Shown here piece after piece: positions 1 through 7,785 of a stretch of 23,629 nucleotides of DNA. The position numbers and the translations under genes were made by a program. How positions within the stretch are numbered: position 1 is the stretch's first letter; every line of letters starts with the position of its first letter. The DNA is from Armatimonadota bacterium (GTDB lineage Bacteria; Sysuimicrobiota; Sysuimicrobiia; Sysuimicrobiales; Kaftiobacteriaceae), in contig JBBIUY010000005.1 in the NCBI GenBank assembly GCA_037440005.1, positions 1 through 23,629 on the forward strand. Direction: 5' to 3'. Under the pieces are notes generated by a model that saw only the letters and a list, made by a program, of their open reading frames with translations, had not been told where the DNA came from and ran no database searches.

Positions 1-82
1 TTTCCTTGGGGGAGGCTCCCAAGTGCAAACACTACATCCAAACAGGACACCCTAGTCCTCCCGCCCTCCGGGCGGTCCTGCC

Positions 83-2119
83 ATGATCGGCGGCGTCCTG
101 CGGCGCGTCCTGATCGGTCCGCCCCTTCCGACCTCCCAGCTCATCCACGAGCGGATCTCCAAGGTCAAAGGGCTGGCGGTCTTCTCGTCCGACGCCCTGT
201 CCAGCACCGCCTACGCCACCGAGGAGATCCTCATCGTCCTCGGTGCGGCCGGCGCGGGCGCCCTGGCCCTGAGCGTTCCCATCGCCGTGGCCATCGCCGG
301 AGTCCTGGCAGTGGTGGCGTTCTCCTACTACCAGACCATCCACGCCTACCCGTCCGGGGGCGGTGCGTACATCGTCGCCCACGACAACCTGGGGCTGTGG
401 CCGGGTCTGGTGGCGGCGGCGGCGCTGCTGATCGACTACGTGCTGACCGTCTCGGTGAGCATCTCCTCGGGCGTGGCGGCGGTCACCTCCGCCGTCCCGG
501 CCCTGTACGGCCAGCGGGTGCCGCTGGCCCTGCTGGCCATCGCCCTGGTGGCGATCATCAACCTGCGGGGCGTGCGGGAGTCGGCGACGGTGTTCGCCGT
601 GCCCACCTACCTGTTCATCGGGATCGTGGGCGGGCTCGTGGTGGCGGGGCTGGCGCGGTCGGCCGGCCAGCCCCCGGCGCCGGCGCCCCAGGTCGCCGCG
701 GCCGGCGTCCCCCTGTCCGCGTGGCTGATCCTGCGGGCGTTTGCGTCCGGCTCGGCGGCGCTGACCGGGGTGGAGGCCATCAGCAACGGAATTCCGGCCT
801 TTCACCCGCCCGAGTCCCGCAACGCCGGGATCACCCTGCTGTGGATGGCCGGCATCCTGGGGTTTTTGTTTCTGGGCATCACCGCCCTGGCCCACCGGCT
901 GGGGATCGCCCCGCAGCCTCAGGAGACCGTGCTGTCCCAGATCGCCCGCGCCGTCTTCGGCACCGGGGGGCTATACTACCTCACCCAGGCGGCCACCGCC
1001 CTGATCCTGATCCTGGCCGCCAACACCAGCTTCGCCGACTTCCCGCGGCTGTCGGCCATCCTGGCCCGGGACGGCTTTTTGCCGCGCCAGCTGGCCAACC
1101 TGGGCGACCGGCTGGTGTTCGCCAACGGCATCGTGCTGCTGGCGATGATCAGCGGCCTGCTGGTGGCGGCGTTCCACGCCAGCACCCACGCCCTGATCCC
1201 CCTGTACGCGGTGGGGGTGTTTTTGGCGTTCACCCTGTCCCAGGCCGGCATGGTCCGGCGGTGGTGGACCCGGCGGGAGCCGGGGTGGCTGCTGCACATG
1301 GCCATCAACGGCCTGGGGGCGGCGGTCACCGCCGTGGTCCTGCTGGTGGTGGTGGTCACCAAGTTCGTCCACGGCGCCTGGATCGTGGCCCTGCTCATCC
1401 CGGGGTGCGTGGGCGTCATGCGGGCCATCCACCGCCACTACGACGAAGTACGCCGGCAGCTCACCCTGGAGGGGGCGCGTCCGCCCGAGCCGATCCGGCG
1501 CCACAAGGTGGTGGTGCCGGTGGCGGGCATCCACCGGGGCGTCCTGCCCGCGTTGCGGTACGCCCGCTCCCTCAGCGACGACGTGACGGCGGTCCTGGTG
1601 GACATCGACCCCCAGCGCACCCGGGAGACGGTGGAGACGTGGCCGCGGTGGGGCCTGGGAGTCCCCCTGCGGGTCCTGCCGTCCCCCTACCGGTCGCTCA
1701 CGGGTCCCCTGCTGACCTACCTGGACACCCTGGAGTGGGAGGTGGGGTTCGACCAGCAGCTGACGATCGTGCTGCCGGAGTTCGTCCCCGAGAAGTGGTG
1801 GCACTTCCTCCTGCACGGGCAGAACGCGCTGCAGCTGAAGCTCGCCCTGTACTTCCGCCGCCGGACCGGACACCGGGTTCCGGTGGTCACCAACGTGCCC
1901 TACTACCTGGGCGCGGCCGCCGTCCGCGCGGCCCCGCGGCCGGTCCGGGCGGGCTCCCTGCCGGTGTGGGCGGCGGGCGGCATGCTGGCGGTGGTCGGCG
2001 CTGCCCTGGCCCTGGCCGTGGCCCACTCCTGGCCGATGGTCTTCCAGGAGCTCTTGGGCCTGGCCGCCGTCATGCTGACAGCCGCCCTCGCCTTCCTGCT
2101 CATCGCCCGCTCGCTGTAG
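83..2119 (+). CDS. APC-superfamily permease, KimA/YdaO-like K+/H+ symporter
   Basis: 678 aa. Family motifs FSSDALSSTAYATEEIL, YPSGGGAY, LIDY, ALTGVEAISN, NTSFADFPRL, LIPLYAVGVF; cytoplasmic C-domain ending PEFVP..WW..LLHGQ...VTNVPYYL. Confidence 0.88.
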   Translation: MIGGVLRRVLIGPPLPTSQLIHERISKVKGLAVFSSDALSSTAYATEEILIVLGAAGAGALALSVPIAVAIAGVLAVVAFSYYQTIHAYPSGGGAYIVAHDNLGLWPGLVAAAALLIDYVLTVSVSISSGVAAVTSAVPALYGQRVPLALLAIALVAIINLRGVRESATVFAVPTYLFIGIVGGLVVAGLARSAGQPPAPAPQVAAAGVPLSAWLILRAFASGSAALTGVEAISNGIPAFHPPESRNAGITLLWMAGILGFLFLGITALAHRLGIAPQPQETVLSQIARAVFGTGGLYYLTQAATALILILAANTSFADFPRLSAILARDGFLPRQLANLGDRLVFANGIVLLAMISGLLVAAFHASTHALIPLYAVGVFLAFTLSQAGMVRRWWTRREPGWLLHMAINGLGAAVTAVVLLVVVVTKFVHGAWIVALLIPGCVGVMRAIHRHYDEVRRQLTLEGARPPEPIRRHKVVVPVAGIHRGVLPALRYARSLSDDVTAVLVDIDPQRTRETVETWPRWGLGVPLRVLPSPYRSLTGPLLTYLDTLEWEVGFDQQLTIVLPEFVPEKWWHFLLHGQNALQLKLALYFRRRTGHRVPVVTNVPYYLGAAAVRAAPRPVRAGSLPVWAAGGMLAVVGAALALAVAHSWPMVFQELLGLAAVMLTAALAFLLIARSL

Positions 2120-2131
2120 CCGCTGGAGGAT

Positions 2132-2412
2132 GAGCCAGGGGTTCGAATCCCGGAGAGCGGGAGAGGGAGAAAGCGTACGCGCAGCGATCTGGTGGCCCCA
2201 AGGGGATTCGAACCGCCTGTCTCGTCGCTCGCCGTCGGGCGGCTCGCTCCTCGGAGGGGCTGGCCCCTCCGAACCACCCCTGACCACCTGGGGGAGCTGA
2301 CGCTCCCCCGCACCCCCCTCGAGCCAGGGGTTCGAATCCCGCAGAGCGGGAGAGGGAGAAAGCGCTCGCGCAGCGATCTGGTGGCCCCAAGGGGATTCGA
2401 ACCCCTGTCTCG
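2132..2412. repeat. Direct repeat of ~92 bp at 189-bp period (2132-2224 and 2321-2412), including a duplicated 3' end of tRNA-Glu
   Basis: Both copies read GAGCCAGGGGTTCGAATCCCG.AGAGCGGGAGAGGGAGAAAGCG..CGCGCAGCGATCTGGTGGCCCCAAGGGGATTCGAACC(G)CCTGTCTCG; 3 substitutions and 1 inserted base. Confidence 0.95.
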
Positions 2413-2456
2413 GCCTTGAGAGGGCCGCGTCCTGGGCCGGGCTAGACGATGGGGCC
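2379..2456 (-). tRNA. tRNA-Glu (anticodon CTC), CCA encoded
   Basis: Reverse complement GGCCCCATCGTCTAGCCCGGCCCAGGACGCGGCCCTCTCAAGGCCGAGACAGGGGTTCGAATCCCCTTGGGGCCACCA: acceptor stem GGCCCCA/TGGGGCC, anticodon arm CGGCC-CTCTCAA-GGCCG, T arm AGGGG-TTCGAAT-CCCCT. Confidence 0.97.
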
Positions 2457-2466
2457 GACCGGCCCC

Positions 2467-2472
2467 ATTATA
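2467..2472 (-). promoter_or_regulatory. -10 box (TATAAT) of the tRNA-Glu promoter
   Basis: Plus-strand ATTATA, 10 nt upstream of the tRNA 5' end, in a GC-rich background; no good -35. Confidence 0.75.
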
Positions 2473-2520
2473 GCGAAACGGCGCTCCCGCGGCAGCGCGG
2501 AACCGGGCGGAGGTTTTCGC

Positions 2521-2526
2521 TACAAT
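2521..2526 (+). promoter_or_regulatory. -10 box (TACAAT), probably giving a leaderless mRNA
   Basis: TACAAT, then 6 nt, then GTG at 2533 in frame with the hypothetical ORF. Confidence 0.6.
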
Positions 2527-2532
2527 GGAAGC

Positions 2533-2817
2533 GTGGTCACCCGCGAAGACGCCCTGCACAGGCTCGTGTACGCCGCCGGCCGCGTCGACGCCCGCCTGGT
2601 GGTGGACTCCGGATCGGTGCGCTACGTGAGCGAGCCGTTTCCCGGCGTGGAGTTCGGACTGAGGCTGGGCGGAGCCGGCGCGCTGCTGTTCATGCCCGAA
2701 ACCGACCTCGCAGCCGAGGACTGGCAGGACAGGCTGGTCAGGCGCCTTGAGGCGGCCCGGAGCTATCTGGAGAAGTTCCCCTCATCGCGCGCCGCGCGCC
2801 CGTCCGGCAGATTCTGA
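2533..2817 (+). CDS. Hypothetical protein (~94 aa)
   Basis: Protein-like composition from VTREDALHRL onward. The ORF-track start at 2449 lies inside the tRNA, so GTG 2533 is preferred. Confidence 0.7.
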   Translation: MVTREDALHRLVYAAGRVDARLVVDSGSVRYVSEPFPGVEFGLRLGGAGALLFMPETDLAAEDWQDRLVRRLEAARSYLEKFPSSRAARPSGRF

Positions 2818-2829
2818 AGCGACGCCAGG

Positions 2830-3633
2830 ATGCCGAGCTATCTGTCCAGGGCTATCGCCTACATCCGGGACAGCGGCGACGAAGTGGAGCGGGCCCGGCT
2901 CGCCGGCCTGCTCGGCTGGCCGACGCCGGAGCCGCGGGTGGCGCGGGCCCTGCTGGGCCGCCAGAACGACGACGGCGGGTTCCCTTACGGCCTGCTTCCC
3001 GGACGTCCGTCCTCGCTGGCGGCCACCTTCCTGGCCCTGCGGTGGATGGACGACCTGCGCCTGCTGGCTTCCCCGGCCGCCGAGCGGGCGGCGGCCTACC
3101 TGCTGATGGTGCAGCGCCCCGGAGGCGCGTGGGAGGAGAGCCCGGCGGTGCTGCCCTTTCAGCCCCGGCCCCTGCACCGGCCGGGCGATCCCCTGGCGCG
3201 GGTGTACAGCACGGCGCAGGGGGCGGTGTGGACGATCCGGCTGGTGGGGGTCCGCCACGACGCCGTCCTGCGCGCGGCCCGCTACCTGCGCACCGCGGTC
3301 CCGCCCGGCGTGGACGCCCCGATGGGAGTCCTGGCGGCGGCCGTGCTGATGGCGGTGGACGGGGCGGCGCCGCCCGCCCTGGAGGCGGTGGCCCGGTCCG
3401 CGGACGAGGTGTGGTCTCCCGCCCGCCAGGCCGACGTCCTGTCCGCTCTGCACCTGGCGCGCGTGCCCGCCTCCGACGGGCTGGTGGCCGACGGAATCCG
3501 GCGGCTGCTGGCCTGGCAGCGCGCTGATGGGGGGTGGGCGAGCGAGGAGGGTCCCGACCACGACGTGGATGCGTCCCTGCACGCCCTGGGCGTGCTGCTG
3601 CGCTACGGAGCCCCGACCCTCCGGTCCGGGTGA
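2830..3633 (+). CDS. Prenyltransferase/squalene-cyclase (QW) repeat-containing protein
   Basis: 267 aa with three QW-type motifs (RQNDDGGF, VQRPGGAW, WQRADGGW) between amphipathic helices; no intact DXDD (DVDAS instead). Confidence 0.78.
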   Translation: MPSYLSRAIAYIRDSGDEVERARLAGLLGWPTPEPRVARALLGRQNDDGGFPYGLLPGRPSSLAATFLALRWMDDLRLLASPAAERAAAYLLMVQRPGGAWEESPAVLPFQPRPLHRPGDPLARVYSTAQGAVWTIRLVGVRHDAVLRAARYLRTAVPPGVDAPMGVLAAAVLMAVDGAAPPALEAVARSADEVWSPARQADVLSALHLARVPASDGLVADGIRRLLAWQRADGGWASEEGPDHDVDASLHALGVLLRYGAPTLRSG

Positions 3634-3643
3634 CGGCGGCGGT

Positions 3644-3672
3644 TTGCCCGGGTTCCGTCCCGGCCGTATAAT
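3644..3672 (+). promoter_or_regulatory. Sigma70-type promoter for the ABC operon
   Basis: TTGCCC (3644-3649), 17-nt spacer, TATAAT (3667-3672). Confidence 0.7.
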
Positions 3673-3752
3673 CGGAAGGCTACGCGGTCCGCGCCGGCGG
3701 CCCCGGAGGCATCCGCCGGGCGGGCGGTCTGTGCGGCCGGCGGGTGTCCCGG

Positions 3753-5498
3753 ATGAGTCCCAGGCTGTGGTCCTATCTGCGACGGCACGCGCGCTCCTAC
3801 GTCACCGGCTTTCTGGTAGGGAGCCTGGCGTCGGTCCTGCTGATGCTGGACCCCCTGCTGTTGCGCCTGGGCGTGGACGCCATCGCCGCCGGGGCCGGCG
3901 GCAAGGTCCTGGCGCGGTATGCGGCCGCCCTGGTGGGGCTGCACCTGGTGGTGTGGGTCCTGCGCTACCTGTGGCGGATGCAGATCCTGGGCGCGTCCCG
4001 GCGCATCGAGGCCGAGATCCGCAACGACTTCTTCGCCCACCTGCAACGCCTGCACCCCGGGTTCTTCCAGCACACCCGCACCGGGGACCTGATGACCCGG
4101 GCGGTCAGCGACCTCTCGGCGGTCCAGCGGTTCGTCGGCCCGGGGCTGATGCACGTCTCCAACACGGTGGTCCTGGCGGCCGTCGCGGTGGGCTTCATGC
4201 TGTCCATCGACGTGCGCCTGACGGTGTATTTGATGGTCATCCTGCCCCTGGTGAGCCTGACCTTCGCCGTCCTGGGCCCCCTGATCCACCGGCGGTACGA
4301 GGCCGCCCAGGAGCAGTTCAGCCGGCTGTCGGCCCGGGCCCAGGAGAACTTCTCGGGGATCCGGGTGGTGAAGGCCTTCGCCCAGGAACCCTACGAGATC
4401 CAGGCCTTCGCCGACCTCAACCGTGAGTACATCCGCCGCAACCTGGCGGTGATCAAGACCGAGGGGGTCCTGTGGCCGCTGATGAGCTTCCTGCTGGGCC
4501 TGGCGGCGGTGGTGCTGCTGTGGCAGGGCGGGCAGGCGGTGGTGGCGGGCCGCATCACCCTCGGCCAGTTCGTGCAGTTCGTCGGCTACCTGGCGCAGCT
4601 GTCCTGGCCGATGGTGGCCCTGGGGTGGGTGGTGAACCTGATGCAGCGCGGCAGCGCCTCCATGGCCCGCCTGGAGGAGATCCTGCGCCAGCGGCCGCGG
4701 ATCGCCGACCCTCCCGACGCCCGCCCCCTGCCCGCCGCCCGAGGGGAGATCGAGTTCCGCCGGGTGACCGTCGTCTTTGACGGCGTCCCGGCCCTGCAGG
4801 ACGTCTCCCTGCGCGTCCCGGCCGGGACTACCCTGGCCGTGGTGGGCCCCACCGGGTCCGGCAAGAGTACCCTGGTGGCCCTGATCCCCCGCCTGCTGGA
4901 CCCCACCGAGGGCGAAGTCCTGGTGGACGGCGTGGACGTGCGCCGGTACCGGCTGGGCGACTTGCGCCGGCAGATCGGCATGGTGACCCAGGATCCCTTC
5001 CTGTTCTCGGAGTCCCTGCGGGAGAACATCGCCTACGGCCTGGACGGCCCCGACGAGGCCGCGGTCCTCCGGGCGGCCCGGATCGCCCGCCTGGACGCCG
5101 ACGTGGCCGACTTCCCCCACGGCTACGACACGATGGTCGGCGAGCGGGGCGTCACCCTCTCGGGCGGGCAGAAGCAGCGGGCGGCCGTCGCCCGGGCGGT
5201 GGCCCGCGACCCCCGGATCCTCATCCTGGACGACGCCTTCAGCAGCGTGGACACCCACACCGAGGAGGAGATCCTGTCGGCGCTGCGGGAGGTGATGGCC
5301 TCCCGTACGTCCGTCCTGATCTCCCACCGCATCTCCACCGTCCGGCACGCCGACCAGATCGTGGTGCTGGACGGCGGGCGGGTCGTGGAGCGGGGGACCC
5401 ACGACCAGCTGCTGGCCCGCGACGGTCTGTACGCCGCCCTGTACCGCAAGCAGCTGCTGGAGCAGGAACTGGAGGAAGCCGAGGTGGACCCGGCGTGA
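3753..5498 (+). CDS. ABC exporter TMD+NBD subunit (MdlA/BmrC/TM287-like)
   Basis: TM region, RTGDLMTR, Walker A GPTGSGKST, LSGGQKQR, Walker B ILILDD (Asp replacing the catalytic Glu), SHR. Start ATG 3753 or GTG 3744. Confidence 0.93.
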   Translation: MSPRLWSYLRRHARSYVTGFLVGSLASVLLMLDPLLLRLGVDAIAAGAGGKVLARYAAALVGLHLVVWVLRYLWRMQILGASRRIEAEIRNDFFAHLQRLHPGFFQHTRTGDLMTRAVSDLSAVQRFVGPGLMHVSNTVVLAAVAVGFMLSIDVRLTVYLMVILPLVSLTFAVLGPLIHRRYEAAQEQFSRLSARAQENFSGIRVVKAFAQEPYEIQAFADLNREYIRRNLAVIKTEGVLWPLMSFLLGLAAVVLLWQGGQAVVAGRITLGQFVQFVGYLAQLSWPMVALGWVVNLMQRGSASMARLEEILRQRPRIADPPDARPLPAARGEIEFRRVTVVFDGVPALQDVSLRVPAGTTLAVVGPTGSGKSTLVALIPRLLDPTEGEVLVDGVDVRRYRLGDLRRQIGMVTQDPFLFSESLRENIAYGLDGPDEAAVLRAARIARLDADVADFPHGYDTMVGERGVTLSGGQKQRAAVARAVARDPRILILDDAFSSVDTHTEEEILSALREVMASRTSVLISHRISTVRHADQIVVLDGGRVVERGTHDQLLARDGLYAALYRKQLLEQELEEAEVDPA

Positions 5499-7411
5499 GC
5501 GTCCTGCCGCCTGAGGACGACATCCTGGGCCGGGCCTACGACGCCCGCCTGATGCGCCGGCTGCTCCGCTACGTCCGGCCCTACCGGGCGGCCGTGGCCG
5601 GGTCGGTGGTCCTGCTCCTGCTGGCCGCCGCCGCCGACCTGGCGGGCCCCTACTTCGTGAAGGTGGCCATCGACCGGCACATCCGGGTCGGCGACTTCGC
5701 CGGGGTGGCGCGGGTGGCGGCCCTGTACCTGGCCACCCTGGCCCTGGGGGCGGGGGTGCGGTACGCGCAGAACTACATCACCCAGGTCCTGGGCCAGCGG
5801 GTGATGTACGACCTGCGCATGGACCTGTTCGCCCACATGCAGCAACTGGCGGTGGCGTTTTACGCCCGGCACCCGGTGGGGCGCCTGATGACCCGCATCA
5901 CCAACGACGTGGACACCCTGTACGAGATGGTCACCTCCGGGGTGGTCACCGTCTTCGGCGACGTCTTCCTGCTGGCGGGCGTGGTGGCGGCCCTGGTGTG
6001 GCTGGACTGGCGGCTGGCCCTGCTGGCCCTGTCGGTGGTGCCCGCCCTGGTCGCCGTCACCGGCTGGTTCCAGGCCCGCTCCCGGGAGTCCTACCGCGCC
6101 ATCCGGGTGCGGATCGCGCGCATCAACGCCTACCTCAACGAGAACATCACGGGCATGGCGGTGGTGCAGCTGTTCAATCGGGAGCGGCGCAACTTCCTCC
6201 GGTTCGACCAGCTCAACCGCGACCACCTGGCCGCCCACCTGCAGGCCCACCGGACGTTCGCCCTGTTCTTCCCGTCGGTGGGCTTTCTGGGGGCGGTGGC
6301 CACCGGGCTGCTGCTGTGGTATGGGGGCGGGCAGGTGGTCCAGCAGGCGGTGACCCTGGGGGTGCTGGTGGCCGCCATGCAGTACACCGAGCGGTTCTTC
6401 CGCCCCATCCAGGATCTGGCGGAGAAGTACAACATCCTGCAGGCGGCCATGGCCAGCTCCGAGAGGATCTTCCGGGTGCTGGACGAGCCGGTCACGGTGC
6501 AGGACCCTCCGGACCCGGTGCCGCTGTCGCGGGTGCGGGGCGAGGTCGAATTCCGCAACGTCTGGTTCGCCTACCCGGCCACCGGGAGCCCCGACTCCGC
6601 CGGATCGTCTCCCCGGGCGGCGCCGGCCCGGCCCGCCGACGGGGAGCCGCCGCTGCCGCCCGGGACCGACGGGTGGGTCCTGCGGGGGGTCTCGTTCCGG
6701 ATCCGCCCCGGGGAGAGCGTGGCGGTGGTGGGGCACACGGGCGCCGGCAAGACCTCCATCATCAACCTGCTGCTGCGCTTTTACGACCCCCAGCACGGCC
6801 AGGTGCTGGTGGACGGGGTGGACGTCCGCCGGTACGCCCAGCGGGACCTGCGCCGGCACGTGGGGCTGGTGCTGCAGGACGTGTTCTTGTTCTCCGGTAC
6901 CATCGCCTCCAACATCCGCCTGGGCACCCCGGAGATCGACGACGAGCGGGTGCGCCGGGCGGCGGAGTTCGTGAACGCCCACCGGTTCATCGAGCGGCTG
7001 CCCTTCGGCTACGCCACCCCGGTGGTGGAGCGGGGGGCGACGCTGTCGGCGGGTCAGCGCCAGCTCATCGCCTTCGCCCGCGCCCTCTGCCACAACCCGG
7101 ACATCCTGCTGGTCCTGGACGAGGCCACCAGCAGCGTGGACACCGAGACGGAGCTGATGATCCAGGAGGCCCTGCGCCGGATCCGGGCCGGACGGACGTC
7201 CATCATCATCGCCCACCGGCTGTCCACCATCCAGGACGTGGACCGGATCCTGGTCCTGCACAAGGGGCGGATCGTGGAGGAGGGGACGCACCGGGAGCTG
7301 CTGGCCCGGGGCGGCATCTACACCAAGCTCTACCAGCTGCAGTACCGGGACCAGGAGGTCCTGGGGGCCGCCGGGGACTCCCCCGCCGGCCGGCGGGGCG
7401 CCGGGGGGTAG
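5495..7411 (+). CDS. ABC exporter TMD+NBD subunit (MdlB/BmrD/TM288-like)
   Basis: GTGA overlap with the previous gene; PVGRLMTRITND, Walker A GHTGAGKTS, degenerate signature LSAGQRQL, LVLDEATS, AHRLST. Confidence 0.93.
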   Translation: MSVLPPEDDILGRAYDARLMRRLLRYVRPYRAAVAGSVVLLLLAAAADLAGPYFVKVAIDRHIRVGDFAGVARVAALYLATLALGAGVRYAQNYITQVLGQRVMYDLRMDLFAHMQQLAVAFYARHPVGRLMTRITNDVDTLYEMVTSGVVTVFGDVFLLAGVVAALVWLDWRLALLALSVVPALVAVTGWFQARSRESYRAIRVRIARINAYLNENITGMAVVQLFNRERRNFLRFDQLNRDHLAAHLQAHRTFALFFPSVGFLGAVATGLLLWYGGGQVVQQAVTLGVLVAAMQYTERFFRPIQDLAEKYNILQAAMASSERIFRVLDEPVTVQDPPDPVPLSRVRGEVEFRNVWFAYPATGSPDSAGSSPRAAPARPADGEPPLPPGTDGWVLRGVSFRIRPGESVAVVGHTGAGKTSIINLLLRFYDPQHGQVLVDGVDVRRYAQRDLRRHVGLVLQDVFLFSGTIASNIRLGTPEIDDERVRRAAEFVNAHRFIERLPFGYATPVVERGATLSAGQRQLIAFARALCHNPDILLVLDEATSSVDTETELMIQEALRRIRAGRTSIIIAHRLSTIQDVDRILVLHKGRIVEEGTHRELLARGGIYTKLYQLQYRDQEVLGAAGDSPAGRRGAGG

Positions 7412-7417
7412 GACGCC

Positions 7418-7759
7418 ATGGACGCCCAGCAGGCGGTGGCGGCGGTGCGGGCGGTGCTGATCCAGGCCCTGGACGACCGGCGGGGGCTGGTCGTCTACTC
7501 CCGCCTGGACGCCCTGGAGATGGACCAGCGGGCCCGGGCGGTGGAGCGGGAGGCGCTGGAGAAGGTCCGCCGGCTGCTGGAGGGGGCGCCCGCCGACCGC
7601 CTGCTGGAGCAGGTGCGGGTGCGCCTGGGGCGGATGGACGAGGCGCTGGCCGCCCTGGCGGCGCGCACCGGGATCGACGAGCGGTCCCGGGCCCTGGAGC
7701 GGGACGACATCGTCTGGAGAGCTTTCGAAGACATCGCCTGGCTGCTGGGGCTGGTCTAG
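7418..7759 (+). CDS. Hypothetical helical protein (113 aa)
   Basis: ATG 6 nt after the ABC stop, with AGGA upstream; GC-rich third positions; no recognised motif. Confidence 0.75.
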   Translation: MDAQQAVAAVRAVLIQALDDRRGLVVYSRLDALEMDQRARAVEREALEKVRRLLEGAPADRLLEQVRVRLGRMDEALAALAARTGIDERSRALERDDIVWRAFEDIAWLLGLV

Positions 7760-7785
7760 CCGAAACCGGGGGACGGGCTGGAGGA

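Noticed and set aside
2190..2270. Second intact tRNA or an intron-split tRNA
   Set aside because: Only the 3' 35 nt match, with an insertion in the T stem; no D arm, anticodon arm or 5' acceptor strand is present.
2132..2412. Prophage or genomic island bounded by att sites
   Set aside because: The tRNA 3' copies are only 189 bp apart, with no integrase or cargo and housekeeping flanks.
1903..2559. ORFs spanning the tRNA region (1903-2559 -, 2100-2390 -, 2192-2419 +)
   Set aside because: They are translations of the tRNA and its repeat.
2830..3633. Squalene-hopene cyclase
   Set aside because: Less than half the usual length and lacks the catalytic DXDD motif.
3673..3752. BmrB-like leader-peptide attenuator before the ABC pair
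   Set aside because: A GC stem exists (3694-3719), but there is no convincing uORF or U-tract terminator.
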